Shown: positions 7,501 to 15,733 of the stretch, in pieces
Numbering within the stretch: the first letter of the stretch is position 1
Layout: the number at the start of each line of letters is the position of its first letter
DNA from: Pseudomonadota bacterium
GTDB taxonomy: Bacteria > UBA10199 > 2-02-FULL-44-16 > JAAZCA01
Direction: 5' to 3'
NCBI GenBank assembly: GCA_043822785.1
Contig: JBDRBN010000075.1
Span: 1-33,073 of the forward strand
Length of the DNA stretch: 33,073 nt
Notes under the pieces: model-generated
What the model was told of the DNA's origin: nothing
Databases searched by the model: none
What the model saw: the letters and a program-made list of their open reading frames with translations, nothing else
Program-made: the position numbers and the translations under genes

Positions 7501-9675
7501 ATCGAAAGTAATTGTGTTCGTGCCTATAGCTGGATCTTCCAGAACAAGCGTTGTATTTGCCCTGAGATTGTCGGCGGTAGCATCTGTAAACGTACCTGTT
7601 GATGCACTGGTGTTTCCTATTATGGTCTCGTTAATTGTAGCGCCGTCAATTGTTCCACCGTCGATATTTGCTGTGTCTGCTACCAAGGAATCTACGGTTG
7701 CTGTGCCGTTTATATTTAGATCGCTTGTTAAAGTCCAGTCGCCGCCTGTTGGCATCCTGGCAACGGTAAGATTGCCCGAGCTAAGATCGCCGGCCGAGCG
7801 CGTGGTTATATCTGCAAGGCTGGATGTGGTCTTATCTACCTGTGCCCATGTGTAGTCATTTACTGCAGCTGTGACAGCACCTGTCCTGCCAAATACGCTA
7901 TCCACCGGCGCACTGCCCTTGTCCGTCCAGCTCAGAATGCCTGAACCATCTGTAGTCATTACCTGATTTGCATCTCCATCATCAGATGGCATTTGTAGGA
8001 TGTAACTAGCAACCCCATCTGGCGCATCGATTGTAATTAAGCCCGCACCGCCGATTGGATCTTGTAAAGCCAGCCATGCATTTGCCCTGAGATGGTCGGC
8101 GGTGGCATCTGTAAATGTAGCTACCTGAGGAACTGCATCACCGATCCTTACATTATCTATTGTCCCACCGTTTATATCGACTGTAGTCACGCTTCCTAAA
8201 TTAGCAATCGTGTTACCAGCATTGGTCCAGTTGCTCCCTATGCTAAATGAGCTGCCATCGTCAGCAAGTATTGAATCCAAAGCGATACTGCCTACATTGG
8301 TAATATTATTCTCGCCATGCGACTGTGCAGCGCTGAATGGAACGCTGCCATCTGCATGGATCAAACCAGTTGTATCTGTTTTGTCTGTCCAGCTCAATGT
8401 AGCATTAGGATTAATACCATCTGTAGTAAGAACCTGGCCATCGCTACCAGGAGTACCAGGCAACACATAAGAACTGCTAGAATCCAGCGGATCGGGCGCA
8501 GCGAAAGTAATTGTGTTGGTGCCTACTACACCTGGATCCTCCAAAATCAGCGCCGTCCTTGCCGTGACATTAAAATCTGCCGTGACATTATCTGCAGTAA
8601 CATCCGTAAATGTTCCTGCTGCCGCAATAACACTGCCTATTACCGAGTTATCGATCGGTGAGTTGCTTATTGTGCCGCCGCTTATTGTTAGATTGTCTGC
8701 AACAAAAGCATCTGCAACCGCAGTGCCCTGCCACACACCTGCTCCAATAGTGCCAACACCTGTTATGTTACTCTGCACAGCGCCTGGCAAAGTCGATGAT
8801 ATCGAAGGCACACCAGCAGCGCTTGTCACAAGAACTCCGTTATTTGCCGTGGCTAGGCCAGACACAGCATCGCCGTCTGCGGCATAATATGTCATCTGAT
8901 TTTGAGTACCCGCGTTCACTGTGCCACTGCCGCCACCAGCGCTCATATTATTCCACGTGGTTCCATCCTCTGAATATTGCCACTTAGTGGTAGTCGAATT
9001 AAAACGAATGCCTGGTTGATTTGCCGCACCTGAAGTGCAGGCACGAAGGTTTATGTTCTCGTTCTGACATCGCCCTACGGTAAATGTAGTGTCGTTGTTA
9101 GAAAATGCCGTAATCTTTTCCGGAGTCACGCTGTCGTCCTCTATCTGTGCAGCCCCCACGGCGCTATCAGATATCTGAGTTCTCGTAATCTGGCCGGTGT
9201 TGAGAAAGAATGCATTGGCAGGATATCCTTCTAAGAACTGCGCGTTCCCCGCGTTTAAGGCATATACTACTGAGGTGATCCGCATCGGCGGCGTAAATTC
9301 TGAAAAGCCGTATCCTCCATCGAACCACACCTTGAGATAGACCGTCTCGGCTGTGTCAAATATGATCGGATCAAACGCTGCCATACCTTGGATGGTTGTA
9401 TCGCCCAGAATGATGCTGAACACACCTTGATTTAGAGTTTTTGTAATAGAGCCTGTGGGCTCGCCGCCATCCACGCTAGTTAGATCGTTACTCCACAACG
9501 AGACCCCACTGGAATCGGTGATGACCAGCTTAAAATCTCCCTGACCATCATAGAGCACGTCATCCAGATACATTACTCCCTGATAGGTTAGCGTGTTTGG
9601 AGGCGGAGCAGCATACGCAAAGGTTGCTGCAAAAAGCAGCGCTGCCATGCCTAAAAAAGATATGATGTGTTTCAT
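4546..9675 (-). CDS. Secreted trimeric tail-fibre-like adhesin with C-terminal intramolecular chaperone (peptidase S74)
   Basis: Sec signal peptide (AYA|A) and N-terminal PNTLTYQG domain. Six LPxxxGxxxQVLxTDGxGxLSW-like shaft motifs, DINGGTIDG-like repeats, about 12 15-aa STVxGGxxNxASG repeats and GRLGVGT..P...LHV. C-terminal SDERLKTNI...GFIAQEV...AIQEQQKQIEEL. SD GGGAGG. Confidence 0.85.
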   Translation of the reverse strand: MKHIISFLGMAALLFAATFAYAAPPPNTLTYQGVMYLDDVLYDGQGDFKLVITDSSGVSLWSNDLTSVDGGEPTGSITKTLNQGVFSIILGDTTIQGMAAFDPIIFDTAETVYLKVWFDGGYGFSEFTPPMRITSVVYALNAGNAQFLEGYPANAFFLNTGQITRTQISDSAVGAAQIEDDSVTPEKITAFSNNDTTFTVGRCQNENINLRACTSGAANQPGIRFNSTTTKWQYSEDGTTWNNMSAGGGSGTVNAGTQNQMTYYAADGDAVSGLATANNGVLVTSAAGVPSISSTLPGAVQSNITGVGTIGAGVWQGTAVADAFVADNLTISGGTISNSPIDNSVIGSVIAAAGTFTDVTADNVTADFNVTARTALILEDPGVVGTNTITFAAPDPLDSSSSYVLPGTPGSDGQVLTTDGINPNATLSWTDKTDTTGLIHADGSVPFSAAQSHGENNITNVGSIALDSILADDGSSFSIGSNWTNAGNTIANLGSVTTVDINGGTIDNVRIGDAVPQVATFTDATADHLRANAWLALQDPIGGAGLITIDAPDGVASYILQMPSDDGDANQVMTTDGSGILSWTDKGSAPVDSVFGRTGAVTAAVNDYTWAQVDKTTSSLADITTRSAGDLSSGNLTVARMPTGGDWTLTSDLNINGTATVDSLVADTANIDGGTIDGATINETIIGNTSASTGTFTDATADNLRANTTLVLEDPAIGTNTITFDVPDGLINSYALQLPGTVGANGQVLTTDGNSPNATLSWTDKTSVSGVIYADGSVAFTGDQSHGDRNITNVGDIALDSISADGASFSMGSNWTNAGRTVADGGTFSTIDINGGTMDNVRIGDAVPQVATFTDLVSTIDTSVHGGDVYIGQGDVAYAGRVVLHDADALDSFTTTIVSAGDVNADQTYTLPASVGSVDQVLTIADASGVLGWTDKGGGGAATTALDNLASVAINAALLPGADDTIDLGSGTNEFKDLYIDGTANIDSLVADTADINAGTIDNTRIGVTTPESGTFTTARANTSLVIEDPGAGSEIVTITALDGLATGYDLVLPPDDGEENQVLATDGVGNLSWETPAAAGANTALSNLASVAVNTALIPDGDGTRDLGAHPDYKWNNLYIARNISDGINSTNIASIVTLTGTQDLLNKTLTSPTMTSPRIMTLPTAVGATWGDLGSVTTVDVNGGTIDGATIGAASATTGRFTTLQTTAHGAITVNPYDVNPGNTGETRWRELAANGTNYMGFKAPDLITDAGQQVWTLPSDDGADGEVLYTNGAGILSWKTVAGTVWTEETSPADFLRAKAGGLATSSAVLYGTGANTHVNWGFGINPTTGTNLQNYSYITLSGGYTNNATYTYSTVGGGAYNTASNNASTVSGGYTNTASGSRSTVSGGVTGTASGDYSTVGGGSNNIASGVSAVIGGGQNNAAIGSSSTVAGGNSNSVSGLYSTVGGGFTNTASALNATVAGGNQNTASGAGASVGGGNLNSATAQGSRVSGGTSNSTSGDWSWVGGRDVRLDGNADRSFVWGYSTGTLDIGVPDVFLIFPVDDATEDTAGRLGVGTINPATTLHVNSNTTAVAVATIEDDDAICTLNPTVGASWSCSSDERLKTNIVDLESALEDVLALRPVRFNVISTGEEHIGFIAQEVQKVMPQAVDDSGEYLTLAQGMFMPLVVGAIQEQQKQIEELMEMNEALRQIVCLDHPEADVCIR

Positions 9676-9692
9676 AACTCCTCCCTTGCGAC

Positions 9693-9932
9693 TTATCTTG
9701 CCTTATATCTTTCATTTTCGCTGGTCGCCGCCGCCCCGGATGTGGGGCCTCCCAGCGAATGTACTGTCTTGTAATGTTCGCCCGCGGTCGAATAGCCAAA
9801 TCCGGAAAGCATGCCTGCGGAATTTGCGGTGGGCTGCTGTGGAATTTGATCCGGCACGTCTATTCTTCCGCTGCCGCCGCATGCGCTAAGCATGATGATG
9901 ACTGCCGCTAGCAGTATTGTTATCAGTCTCAT
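9693..9932 (-). CDS. Small lipoprotein (79 aa), unknown function
   Basis: Lipobox LSAC after a hydrophobic stretch. SD AGGAGG. Packed tightly between the HEAT gene and the fibre gene. Confidence 0.8.
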   Translation of the reverse strand: MRLITILLAAVIIMLSACGGSGRIDVPDQIPQQPTANSAGMLSGFGYSTAGEHYKTVHSLGGPTSGAAATSENERYKAR

Positions 9933-9941
9933 CTTGGCCTC

Positions 9942-11597
9942 CTACTGCGATGCTTTGGCATCGATGACTTTTATTGCGTCTTCGATCCTCTTTTCGAACT
10001 CGCCCTCGGTATCCTGCTGCTTGAAAAGCAAAAGCGTGTACCTATCGCCAGCATCTCCATATCGCTTTAGAATATCTATGCTGGTCGAGATCATGCGCTT
10101 ATCCGCTCCGGCATAGAGATTCTTCTCGGCAATGGCCACCGCCTCTTTTGGCGAGAGCTCGCCAAGATATGAAAGCGCGACAGAGCGCTCGTTTTCGTCA
10201 TGAGTGGTTTTTGCGATTACGCTTAAGAGCTCGCTTACACTTTCTGTATACTTCTCGCCCTTAAATCCCCTCATGGCCGACAACATTTCTGTGCGCAGCG
10301 CTGCGTCCTTTTCTTTCTGCATCAGATCTGAAAGGATTTCAAAAGACCTGTCGGTCTGAATTCTGCCAAGCGTCCTGAGCGCATGGATCTTCTTTGTGTG
10401 ATTCAACTTGGCATATCGCAATGAAAGAAGCCCGGCAGTGGAGTCCTCTCCCTTTGCAAGAAGCGGTTGCAGCATCTGTGGTAAATACTCGACCGGGCTG
10501 TTTTCAAAGAGATATACAAATACATTTGCCTCGTTCTCAGATCCCTGGGACGCTCCTTGAACGAGCATATTTATTGCGCTTTGGTGAATTTCTCTGGGCT
10601 GTTTGGTATCCTTGAGCACGCCCAGCAAAACCCTTCGGGCTAGGATGCTGTTGTCCTGCCCCAACCCTTCGATTGCAGCAGCTCTCATCGACACATCGCT
10701 TGAGGGGTCTAAAATAACCTCGCCAAACTCAATTACGACATCCTCTTGCTTAAGCTTGCCCAACGCGCGCGCAGCATTAATTCTCATCTCTTCGTCAGAA
10801 TCAAAAACATCATAGAGCAAAGATTTTGCCGAATCAGTGCCCATCTCTCCCAGCGCATCCACTGCCGCCTTTTTTATTTTGCTATCGCTTGATGTGCGAA
10901 GAATGCTCTGAAGCTCGCCTACGGCCTCTTCTCCTCCCAAGGCTCCAAGTACGGCAATACTGGTAAGAGTTTCTTCGCCCTGCTTGGTTTCATCAAGGCG
11001 TTCTATGGTCTTTTGAACAAGTGCATCATTGGCAGGCGCTTCTTTTAACTTTGCCAGGGCAGCTGATCTTACCTCGCGATCGTTTGTGTCCATGGCCTGG
11101 TTGTAAAGCTCTACGCTTGCATTCTCCGCCTTAAACGCGCCCAGCACCTTTACCAAAAGAAGTCTTTGTTTTTTTGACAGATCTTCACCAAGCATTAGTT
11201 TCACTGCTTCCAATGCCTTATCGCCGATATTCTTGAGATCGGTTTGCAGCTCCTGGATACGAGTTGAATCATACTTAGGATCAAGAGTGAGCAACTCATC
11301 TAAGGTTTGGTCGATCGCAAGTTGAAGCATCTTCTCTTCTTCTTCAATTCTTACTTGTTCTTCATCCTCTTCCCTTTCCATCTTCTGTTCGCTAAGCATC
11401 ACGTCAAACCGGTCTAAAAATCCTTTTGCCCGCACAGATGAAGAAGCGGGTTTTGGCAAAGACTCTTGAATGGATTCTGAATCTTGGATGTTGTTTTCAG
11501 ATTTGGAATTGCATGATGCGCACAGAATGCAGCACCCGAACGCGCAAATAATTAAGCACGCAAACAAGGGGTAAGAGAACAATGTGTCTCTTGACAT
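9942..11597 (-). CDS. HEAT-repeat (PBS-lyase-like) exported protein, probable lipoprotein
   Basis: Cys-rich signal ending CASC. Repeats such as EVRSAALAKL, IKKAAVDALGEMG, MRINAARALGKL and MRAAAIEGLG. Confidence 0.8.
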   Translation of the reverse strand: MSRDTLFSYPLFACLIICAFGCCILCASCNSKSENNIQDSESIQESLPKPASSSVRAKGFLDRFDVMLSEQKMEREEDEEQVRIEEEEKMLQLAIDQTLDELLTLDPKYDSTRIQELQTDLKNIGDKALEAVKLMLGEDLSKKQRLLLVKVLGAFKAENASVELYNQAMDTNDREVRSAALAKLKEAPANDALVQKTIERLDETKQGEETLTSIAVLGALGGEEAVGELQSILRTSSDSKIKKAAVDALGEMGTDSAKSLLYDVFDSDEEMRINAARALGKLKQEDVVIEFGEVILDPSSDVSMRAAAIEGLGQDNSILARRVLLGVLKDTKQPREIHQSAINMLVQGASQGSENEANVFVYLFENSPVEYLPQMLQPLLAKGEDSTAGLLSLRYAKLNHTKKIHALRTLGRIQTDRSFEILSDLMQKEKDAALRTEMLSAMRGFKGEKYTESVSELLSVIAKTTHDENERSVALSYLGELSPKEAVAIAEKNLYAGADKRMISTSIDILKRYGDAGDRYTLLLFKQQDTEGEFEKRIEDAIKVIDAKASQ

Positions 11598-11644
11598 ATG
11601 ACCCCCTACACACTTCCACTTAGCTTCTTAACTATCAATAATAG

Positions 11645-11660
11645 TGCAAGACATGTGCCT
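11645..11660 (-). promoter_or_regulatory. Putative sigma54 promoter of the HEAT-lipoprotein-fibre operon
   Basis: Minus strand AGGCACATGTCTTGCA (GG-N10-GC). IHF consensus TATCAAGGACTTA on minus at 11686..11698. Palindrome ATGGGT-N8-ACCCAT at 11731..11750. Confidence 0.65.
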
Positions 11661-11863
11661 GTTTTTGGCCAATGCGAGGACTTGATAAGTCCTTGATATT
11701 ATTTATTAATATTATTGAATGTCTTGCTTGATGGGTTAAAACAGACCCATAAATCGTTGGAATTCTTACGCCCATTATGAGAATTGTGAAAACTCTAAGA
11801 TCTAGCCAAATAAAAAAAATTGTCGTATAGTTTTTTGAAATTATGATGGCCCAAAGGGGGGAG

Positions 11864-12841
11864 ATGAAAGGGTTAGCAGCTCGCTTATCTGTCATACTGG
11901 CTTTTTTCCTCATCTGTTCGTGCGGAAGCGGAGGAGGAGGAGAGCCAGAGCGGTCATATGTGAATATCATCCCACCTCTTGACTTCTCCTCACAGCTAAA
12001 CACGGTAACTGGCGGCCTGGGAAGCGGCACATATCATGATTCTGTAAGCTTTAACCTAAATGCTGCCATAGGCATCATGGACATGGTTAACGGTTTTTTC
12101 ACGTATATCAATGGCGCCAACATACCTGACGGCCCGCTGCCTCAAAACGAAGTGTCCACTGGTTATGGCGATTTAAAAGCCGACTTTGGCTCTATTACTA
12201 CTGTTCAGGCTGACATCAACATGGACGGCACTGAAGAGACAATCACGTGCAGCAAAACTGCCAGTGCCACTCCAATCTGCGCCTGGTTTTGGCTCAACAG
12301 CACTCGTCTTGCGCAAATGGTTATTGTGACAGAGGCCACCGATTCATCGGTAGGAAGCGGTGCGCTCACGTTTACACCTTCCATGATCGGGCTGGCCACA
12401 AATTCTTCGCAAGTAGCTACTGTTTGGAACGACACATCTTCAGAAGCAGTGAGGGGCTACTTTGTTGGCGAGGCAACATCCACCGTGAATGCTGATAAGG
12501 CGTACTTCTCGATAGTAAGAGATGTAAGCTTAGGCGATGTAGAGCTTTTGATGAAAGAGTCGGGCGTGTGGAACGCAACTCCCATAGATGCATGCACATC
12601 TACACAGGGCATCTTTGGCTGGGTTGACGGCACAAACTACATGTCTGCAAGGTTTAATCCCACAGGCACATGTGATGTGCCCACTACAGGTGGTCCGTGC
12701 GTTGAGGTGAGCAGTGCAAACGAAGCAGATCTAGCGACCCGCTGCGCTGTGGATATAACTAGTGAAGATTATGTAAGTACAGATTTTAGCGCTTCAAACG
12801 CAGATTTTCCGTCTGATTTTCCAGCCTCCCCCACGTTCTAA
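11864..12841 (+). CDS. Hypothetical lipoprotein, Cys-containing, Ser/Thr-rich
   Basis: MKGLAARLSVILAFFLICSC lipobox then GSGGGG. SD GGGGAG before ATG 11864; the ORF track starts at 11843. Confidence 0.75.
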   Translation: MKGLAARLSVILAFFLICSCGSGGGGEPERSYVNIIPPLDFSSQLNTVTGGLGSGTYHDSVSFNLNAAIGIMDMVNGFFTYINGANIPDGPLPQNEVSTGYGDLKADFGSITTVQADINMDGTEETITCSKTASATPICAWFWLNSTRLAQMVIVTEATDSSVGSGALTFTPSMIGLATNSSQVATVWNDTSSEAVRGYFVGEATSTVNADKAYFSIVRDVSLGDVELLMKESGVWNATPIDACTSTQGIFGWVDGTNYMSARFNPTGTCDVPTTGGPCVEVSSANEADLATRCAVDITSEDYVSTDFSASNADFPSDFPASPTF

Positions 12842-12853
12842 GTTGTATTGTAT

Positions 12854-12891
12854 AAAAAAAACCGCGTCCAAACTTCTTAGGACGCGGCTTT
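12854..12891 (-). terminator. Intrinsic terminator between convergent lipoprotein genes
   Basis: Stem CCGCGTCC/GGACGCGG preceded by an A-run, giving a U-tract on the minus strand. A short T run follows on plus. Confidence 0.7.
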
Positions 12892-12911
12892 GTTGCATTC
12901 TCAACGAGGCA

Positions 12912-14273
12912 TCACTTCTGCGCATTGTATTGTTCCAGGATCTCCTCAGCCTGGAATATGTATTGTGCTATCACATCCAAAAGCTGTACATCCTGCTCCT
13001 CTTCACCCTCTACCATGATATAGTTCAGGTCGAGCATATCCCTCACTGCTTTGCTGGTATCCAGCCGGGCATAGGCGATGACATCGGCATATCCATCAAT
13101 GCCGCTTAAGTTCTCAAAGCCTTGGATCGAGATGCCCAGCACTAATGGGTTATCCAAACTGAACACGCCTCCAACCTGAGCCATTGTGGGACTTACGACG
13201 ATAAACGGTGCGTCTTCCTCTATAACCTGTGCAAGGTCGCCAGGCAGGCTGGCATCGATCTTATGAAGCTTAATGCAGGTTAAGACCTCGGCATTTCTTT
13301 CAGGCGATAGGGCAGTATAGGTATCTGTGTAACATGAATCGCCAGCAGCAGAGTTTGCAACGACATTATTGGGATATAGCATGGCTTCTGCATAGAACTT
13401 AGAAAGTTCAGGCGGCGTTACTATGCCCAAGAAGCCGTTAACTTCGCACAGAGATAGCAGGTGTGTCTGATTTTCTGGATTCTTGATATCAAAGCAACCC
13501 TCATAATTCGTGTTCGGGGTGAAACCGAATGGACCTCCGACAGCTTCTGCAAATTGCGGCGGCAAAGATAGGCTTTGTTCTCCGCCTTCTTCAATTTGCT
13601 CTACAATCCATTGTATGAAATTGTCGATGCCAGTGAGCGTGCCATCATTCCATCCTGCCACTGCCACTATGAAGGAATTGTCAGTGAGCACTGTTTGTAG
13701 CTCTGCAAAGAAATCCCCCTCTTCCTCGCCCTCGCCTTCACCTTCACCTTCGCCTCCATCCTCGCCAAAAATCGGGAAGTCTCCGTTTCTAGAACTTATT
13801 GCGAACGCCATACATTGAATGTCGAGCGGACCGGTGCCAATCGAAACCCTAATCAGCTCGTTGAGTTTGTAGATGATCGCTGCCAGTGAACCATCAAACT
13901 TTCCTGGATAACTGTAGTTATCATATCGCACAAGCCCGTTTTCAAGATCACGGATCGGCTCGTTCATGAATGCGTCGATCAGAAAGAAGTTGGAGTTCAC
14001 CACAAAGGTCGGGTTAATCTGTCCATACCAGTGCTCGCCCTTGGGCAAGAGCAAGTTTGCCGGACAACCTGCAAAGGCATCCAGCACCTTATCCTCTCCT
14101 CCCTGGCTTGCCTCATCATCGCCACCGGACATGCCGCCCACATCAACAGGTGAAGATTGGGTATCTCCTGCATCAGGATCCTGAAACGCTCCACCACCGC
14201 AACCGGCAAGCATGCCAATGAAGAGCGCGACTACAATTACAACACCTACCCTGATATTTATTATTGATTTCAT
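12912..14273 (-). CDS. Hypothetical acidic lipoprotein with (GE)n linker
   Basis: Lipobox LAGC then GGG. Asp/Glu-rich with a GEGEGEGEGEEEG tract. SD AGAGG. Confidence 0.75.
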   Translation of the reverse strand: MKSIINIRVGVVIVVALFIGMLAGCGGGAFQDPDAGDTQSSPVDVGGMSGGDDEASQGGEDKVLDAFAGCPANLLLPKGEHWYGQINPTFVVNSNFFLIDAFMNEPIRDLENGLVRYDNYSYPGKFDGSLAAIIYKLNELIRVSIGTGPLDIQCMAFAISSRNGDFPIFGEDGGEGEGEGEGEEEGDFFAELQTVLTDNSFIVAVAGWNDGTLTGIDNFIQWIVEQIEEGGEQSLSLPPQFAEAVGGPFGFTPNTNYEGCFDIKNPENQTHLLSLCEVNGFLGIVTPPELSKFYAEAMLYPNNVVANSAAGDSCYTDTYTALSPERNAEVLTCIKLHKIDASLPGDLAQVIEEDAPFIVVSPTMAQVGGVFSLDNPLVLGISIQGFENLSGIDGYADVIAYARLDTSKAVRDMLDLNYIMVEGEEEQDVQLLDVIAQYIFQAEEILEQYNAQK

Positions 14274-14314
14274 AAAAACCTCTTTTCCCCAAGTTTGACT
14301 ACCCTTAGTTATGC

Positions 14315-14330
14315 AGCAATATGCATGCCA
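14315..14330 (-). promoter_or_regulatory. sigma54 promoter with upstream IHF site and enhancer-like pair
   Basis: Minus strand TGGCATGCATATTGCT. IHF consensus TATCAATAGGTTA at 14387..14399. Two 16-mers 21 bp apart at 14441 (GGGTAAATTATGACAC) and 14462 (GCGTCAAAATTTGAAC). Confidence 0.7.
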
Positions 14331-14490
14331 TTATGGGAGTTAGACTTGATATATTATATAATAGACAAACGTGATTATATTAATCTTATCAATAGGTTAG
14401 AAAAAGGGCTGTTGATTGAACCTTAGATGAGGGTGCAAACGGGTAAATTATGACACGCAAAGCGTCAAAATTTGAACGGGTTATAATGAC

Positions 14491-15450
14491 TTAGGCTTTC
14501 ATGATGAGGAAGGATAAATAACCAAGATATATGATAAGAAACAAAATCCCCTCCCACTTGTCGAGCCTGTGCTTTTTGCCCGTAAACATGAATACGAATA
14601 AAAAGATGCTGCCGAGCAAGGCCATGCCTATATCCACATTTGATTTAGGTTGAAAGGGTATGGGTCTGATGAGCGAGCTTATGCCTAAAATAAAGCAGAT
14701 GTTGAAGATGTTTGATCCAACGATATTTCCCACCGCAATCTCTGCATTCTTTTTATAAGCAGCAACAATAGAGGTAGCTAACTCAGGCAGAGATGTGCCG
14801 CCCGCGACTATGGTAAGGCCTATAAACGACTCACTAACGCCCAAGGCTCGTGCCAGATAAACCGCGCCATCAATAACCCATTTGGCACCTACGAGCAAAA
14901 GCGCAAGCCCTGAAGCGATAGCAAGAATTGAAATCCACAGACTATAAGTGTGTGCCCTTGGACTTTCTGTCGTCACATCCTTTTTTCTGGCTATGCTGAA
15001 GGCGTAGTACATGAAAGCTATGAAAAAGAGAAGCAGCACAAATCCATCTACCCTAGAGAGCATTGACTGCGTAGAATGATTGAGAAACGTATCGTTTACC
15101 AAAAAAGCCAAAATGAGCATGGCAAAAAGCGTAAACGGTATTTCCTTCCACACCGTACCTTTTGTAACAGTAAGCGGCATGAGCAGAGACGCTATTCCCA
15201 AGATCACAAAGATGTTTATCACATTACTTCCTATGATGTTTCCAACCACGATCTCGGAAGTACCCTGAACAGAGCCGATCACGCTTACAAAGAGCTCTGG
15301 CACTGATGTGCCAAGAGCAACTATGGTGAGCCCCACTACAAAATCGCTCACGCGCATGCGCGCAGCGAGCGATGATGAGCCTTGAACGAGCCAGTCTGCA
15401 CCCTTGTAGAGCAGAATAAATCCGATGATGAGGAGTATGCTCGAAATCAT
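14491..15450 (-). CDS. Calcium/sodium antiporter (CaCA, YrbG-like)
   Basis: Two alpha-repeat motifs, GTSVPEL...GNIIGSN and GTSLPEL...GNIVGSN. About 10 transmembrane segments. Confidence 0.92.
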   Translation of the reverse strand: MISSILLIIGFILLYKGADWLVQGSSSLAARMRVSDFVVGLTIVALGTSVPELFVSVIGSVQGTSEIVVGNIIGSNVINIFVILGIASLLMPLTVTKGTVWKEIPFTLFAMLILAFLVNDTFLNHSTQSMLSRVDGFVLLLFFIAFMYYAFSIARKKDVTTESPRAHTYSLWISILAIASGLALLLVGAKWVIDGAVYLARALGVSESFIGLTIVAGGTSLPELATSIVAAYKKNAEIAVGNIVGSNIFNICFILGISSLIRPIPFQPKSNVDIGMALLGSIFLFVFMFTGKKHRLDKWEGILFLIIYLGYLSFLIMKA

Positions 15451-15579
15451 GCTGTTCTTACTAAAACACTCAGGGCATTAAGGCAATGCCTTTGCATATT
15501 TAGGCTGTTTTCGTTATATAGAAATACAGTAGTGTCCCAACGAGATGATGAATGTGTAATAAAACATGGTTTAACGGGT

Positions 15580-15648
15580 TGTCATCCTGAACGCAGTGAA
15601 GGATCCCGGTAAAATACCGGGATTCTTCGGCTTCGCCTCAGAATGACA
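15580..15648. repeat. REP-like doublet (GTCATCCTGA...TCAGAATGAC type)
   Basis: TGTCATCCTGAACGCAGTGAAGGATCCCGGT-aaaat-ACCGGGATTCTTCGGCTTCGCCTCAGAATGACA. Confidence 0.9.
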
Positions 15649-15733
15649 GCCTGGACGACATTTTCTAATGGTTGCACGTAACTCGTTGGGACACTACTGA
15701 GATACATCCATCACACCAATATTGGGGGGAGAT

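Noticed and set aside
7111..8470. Diversity-generating retroelement template/variable repeat pair
   Set aside because: Mismatches between the copies involve all bases rather than only adenines, both copies are in-frame coding, and no reverse transcriptase is present.
4546..9675. Prophage or tailocin
   Set aside because: The fibre has a Sec signal peptide. No capsid, terminase, tail tube/sheath, integrase or lysis genes are in the window.
13717..13763. (GE)n coding tract as a phase-variable microsatellite
   Set aside because: The codons are heterogeneous and the unit is in frame, so it looks like a protein linker rather than an on/off switch.
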